Origin: Chrysomallon squamiferum
Taxonomy: Eukaryota; Animalia; Mollusca
DNA length: 64,000 nt
Assembly: GCA_012295275.1 (NCBI GenBank)
Contig: CM022676.1
Span: 13,144,001 to 13,208,000 of the forward strand
Direction of reading: 5' to 3'
In this document: positions 63,350 through 64,000 of the stretch, in pieces
Layout: every line of letters begins with the position of its first letter
Position numbering within the stretch: the stretch's first letter is position 1
Notes under the pieces: model-generated
The model's input: the letters and a program-made list of their open reading frames with translations, nothing else
The model's database searches: none
Told to the model about the DNA's origin: nothing
Program-made: the position numbers and the translations under genes

Positions 63350-64000
63350 TACACATAGCTACTACACCACATGATAGCTTATTTTAAATAAATTCTAGAT
63401 GCCAGTGATTGTTTGTGGATGCTGCTTTACTAATCGAGGAACAGCTTCATTTCTGTCTTTTATCTCTGATATAACAAAATGATAGCTTTTAAAAATGTCT
63501 GTATTGTGTTGATGGTTTTTATTCCAGACTGAGTAATAGGCTTATTAACATGGATAAATGTACAACTTAATGCTTGTCCTTCACAAAATCTTTTATAAAT
63601 ACATTTTAACACTTTTGATTATGATGTTTGCAGTAAGAACTTGTATGATTGGTTAACAGTATGCTATCTGTGCTGTCAGGGTGTTTTATTGTGGAATGTC
63701 CTGTATGGATGTTTTAATGAGACGGAAAAGAATATTTACATTTGATCTGATTATATTTCTGATTTATTATCTGAAATTATAGTTTGTAAATTAGATATTA
63801 CTGTTACTTGTCTAGTTTTAGTAATCAGATTATACTTTTTACATCACCTTGTCCTTTGATATTATAATAATAATAATATTATTATTAACATTATTATTTA
63901 TTGGATATTTTTCTTTTTCTTTTTTAAAATGTATTTTCTCCACTTCACTTGTTTTTACCATACTAAAGCTTAATTCCTACACATTTTTATTTTATTCATA

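Overview
AT-rich, microsatellite-rich, intron-containing animal DNA, most likely a mollusc (inferred from composition, repeat types and Ig style), with one 200-N gap at 2179-2378. The window holds a cluster of immunoglobulin-superfamily (IgSF) surface-receptor genes and gene fragments. Gene 1 (+, 4166-18981, 16 hand-assembled exons, all phase 1) encodes a leader, about 12 Ig domains, one FN3 domain, a glycine-zipper TM helix and a short tail. The tail is two duplicated exons, each with a canonical ITAM plus YENL (YEGL-x8-YSRI-EM-YENL; YQGL-x8-YTKL-NL-YENL); they are absent from the ORF track. Several middle Ig exons of gene 1 are damaged while the membrane-proximal and signalling exons are intact. 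Gene 2 (+, 30832-34413) is a truncated paralogue. Genes 3 (-, 27447-29070) and 4 (+, 54625-63349) share an inverted-duplicated Cys-rich TM plus acidic-tail exon with no ITAM. The middle of the window carries an end-to-end I-group LINE (38312-43744, 10-bp TSD, gag CCHC, APE, RT, RNase H), probably nested in an older LINE, plus RTE, RTE-X, Tx1 and L2/CR1 remnants and MITEs. Exon structures were read by eye and are not transcript-validated.
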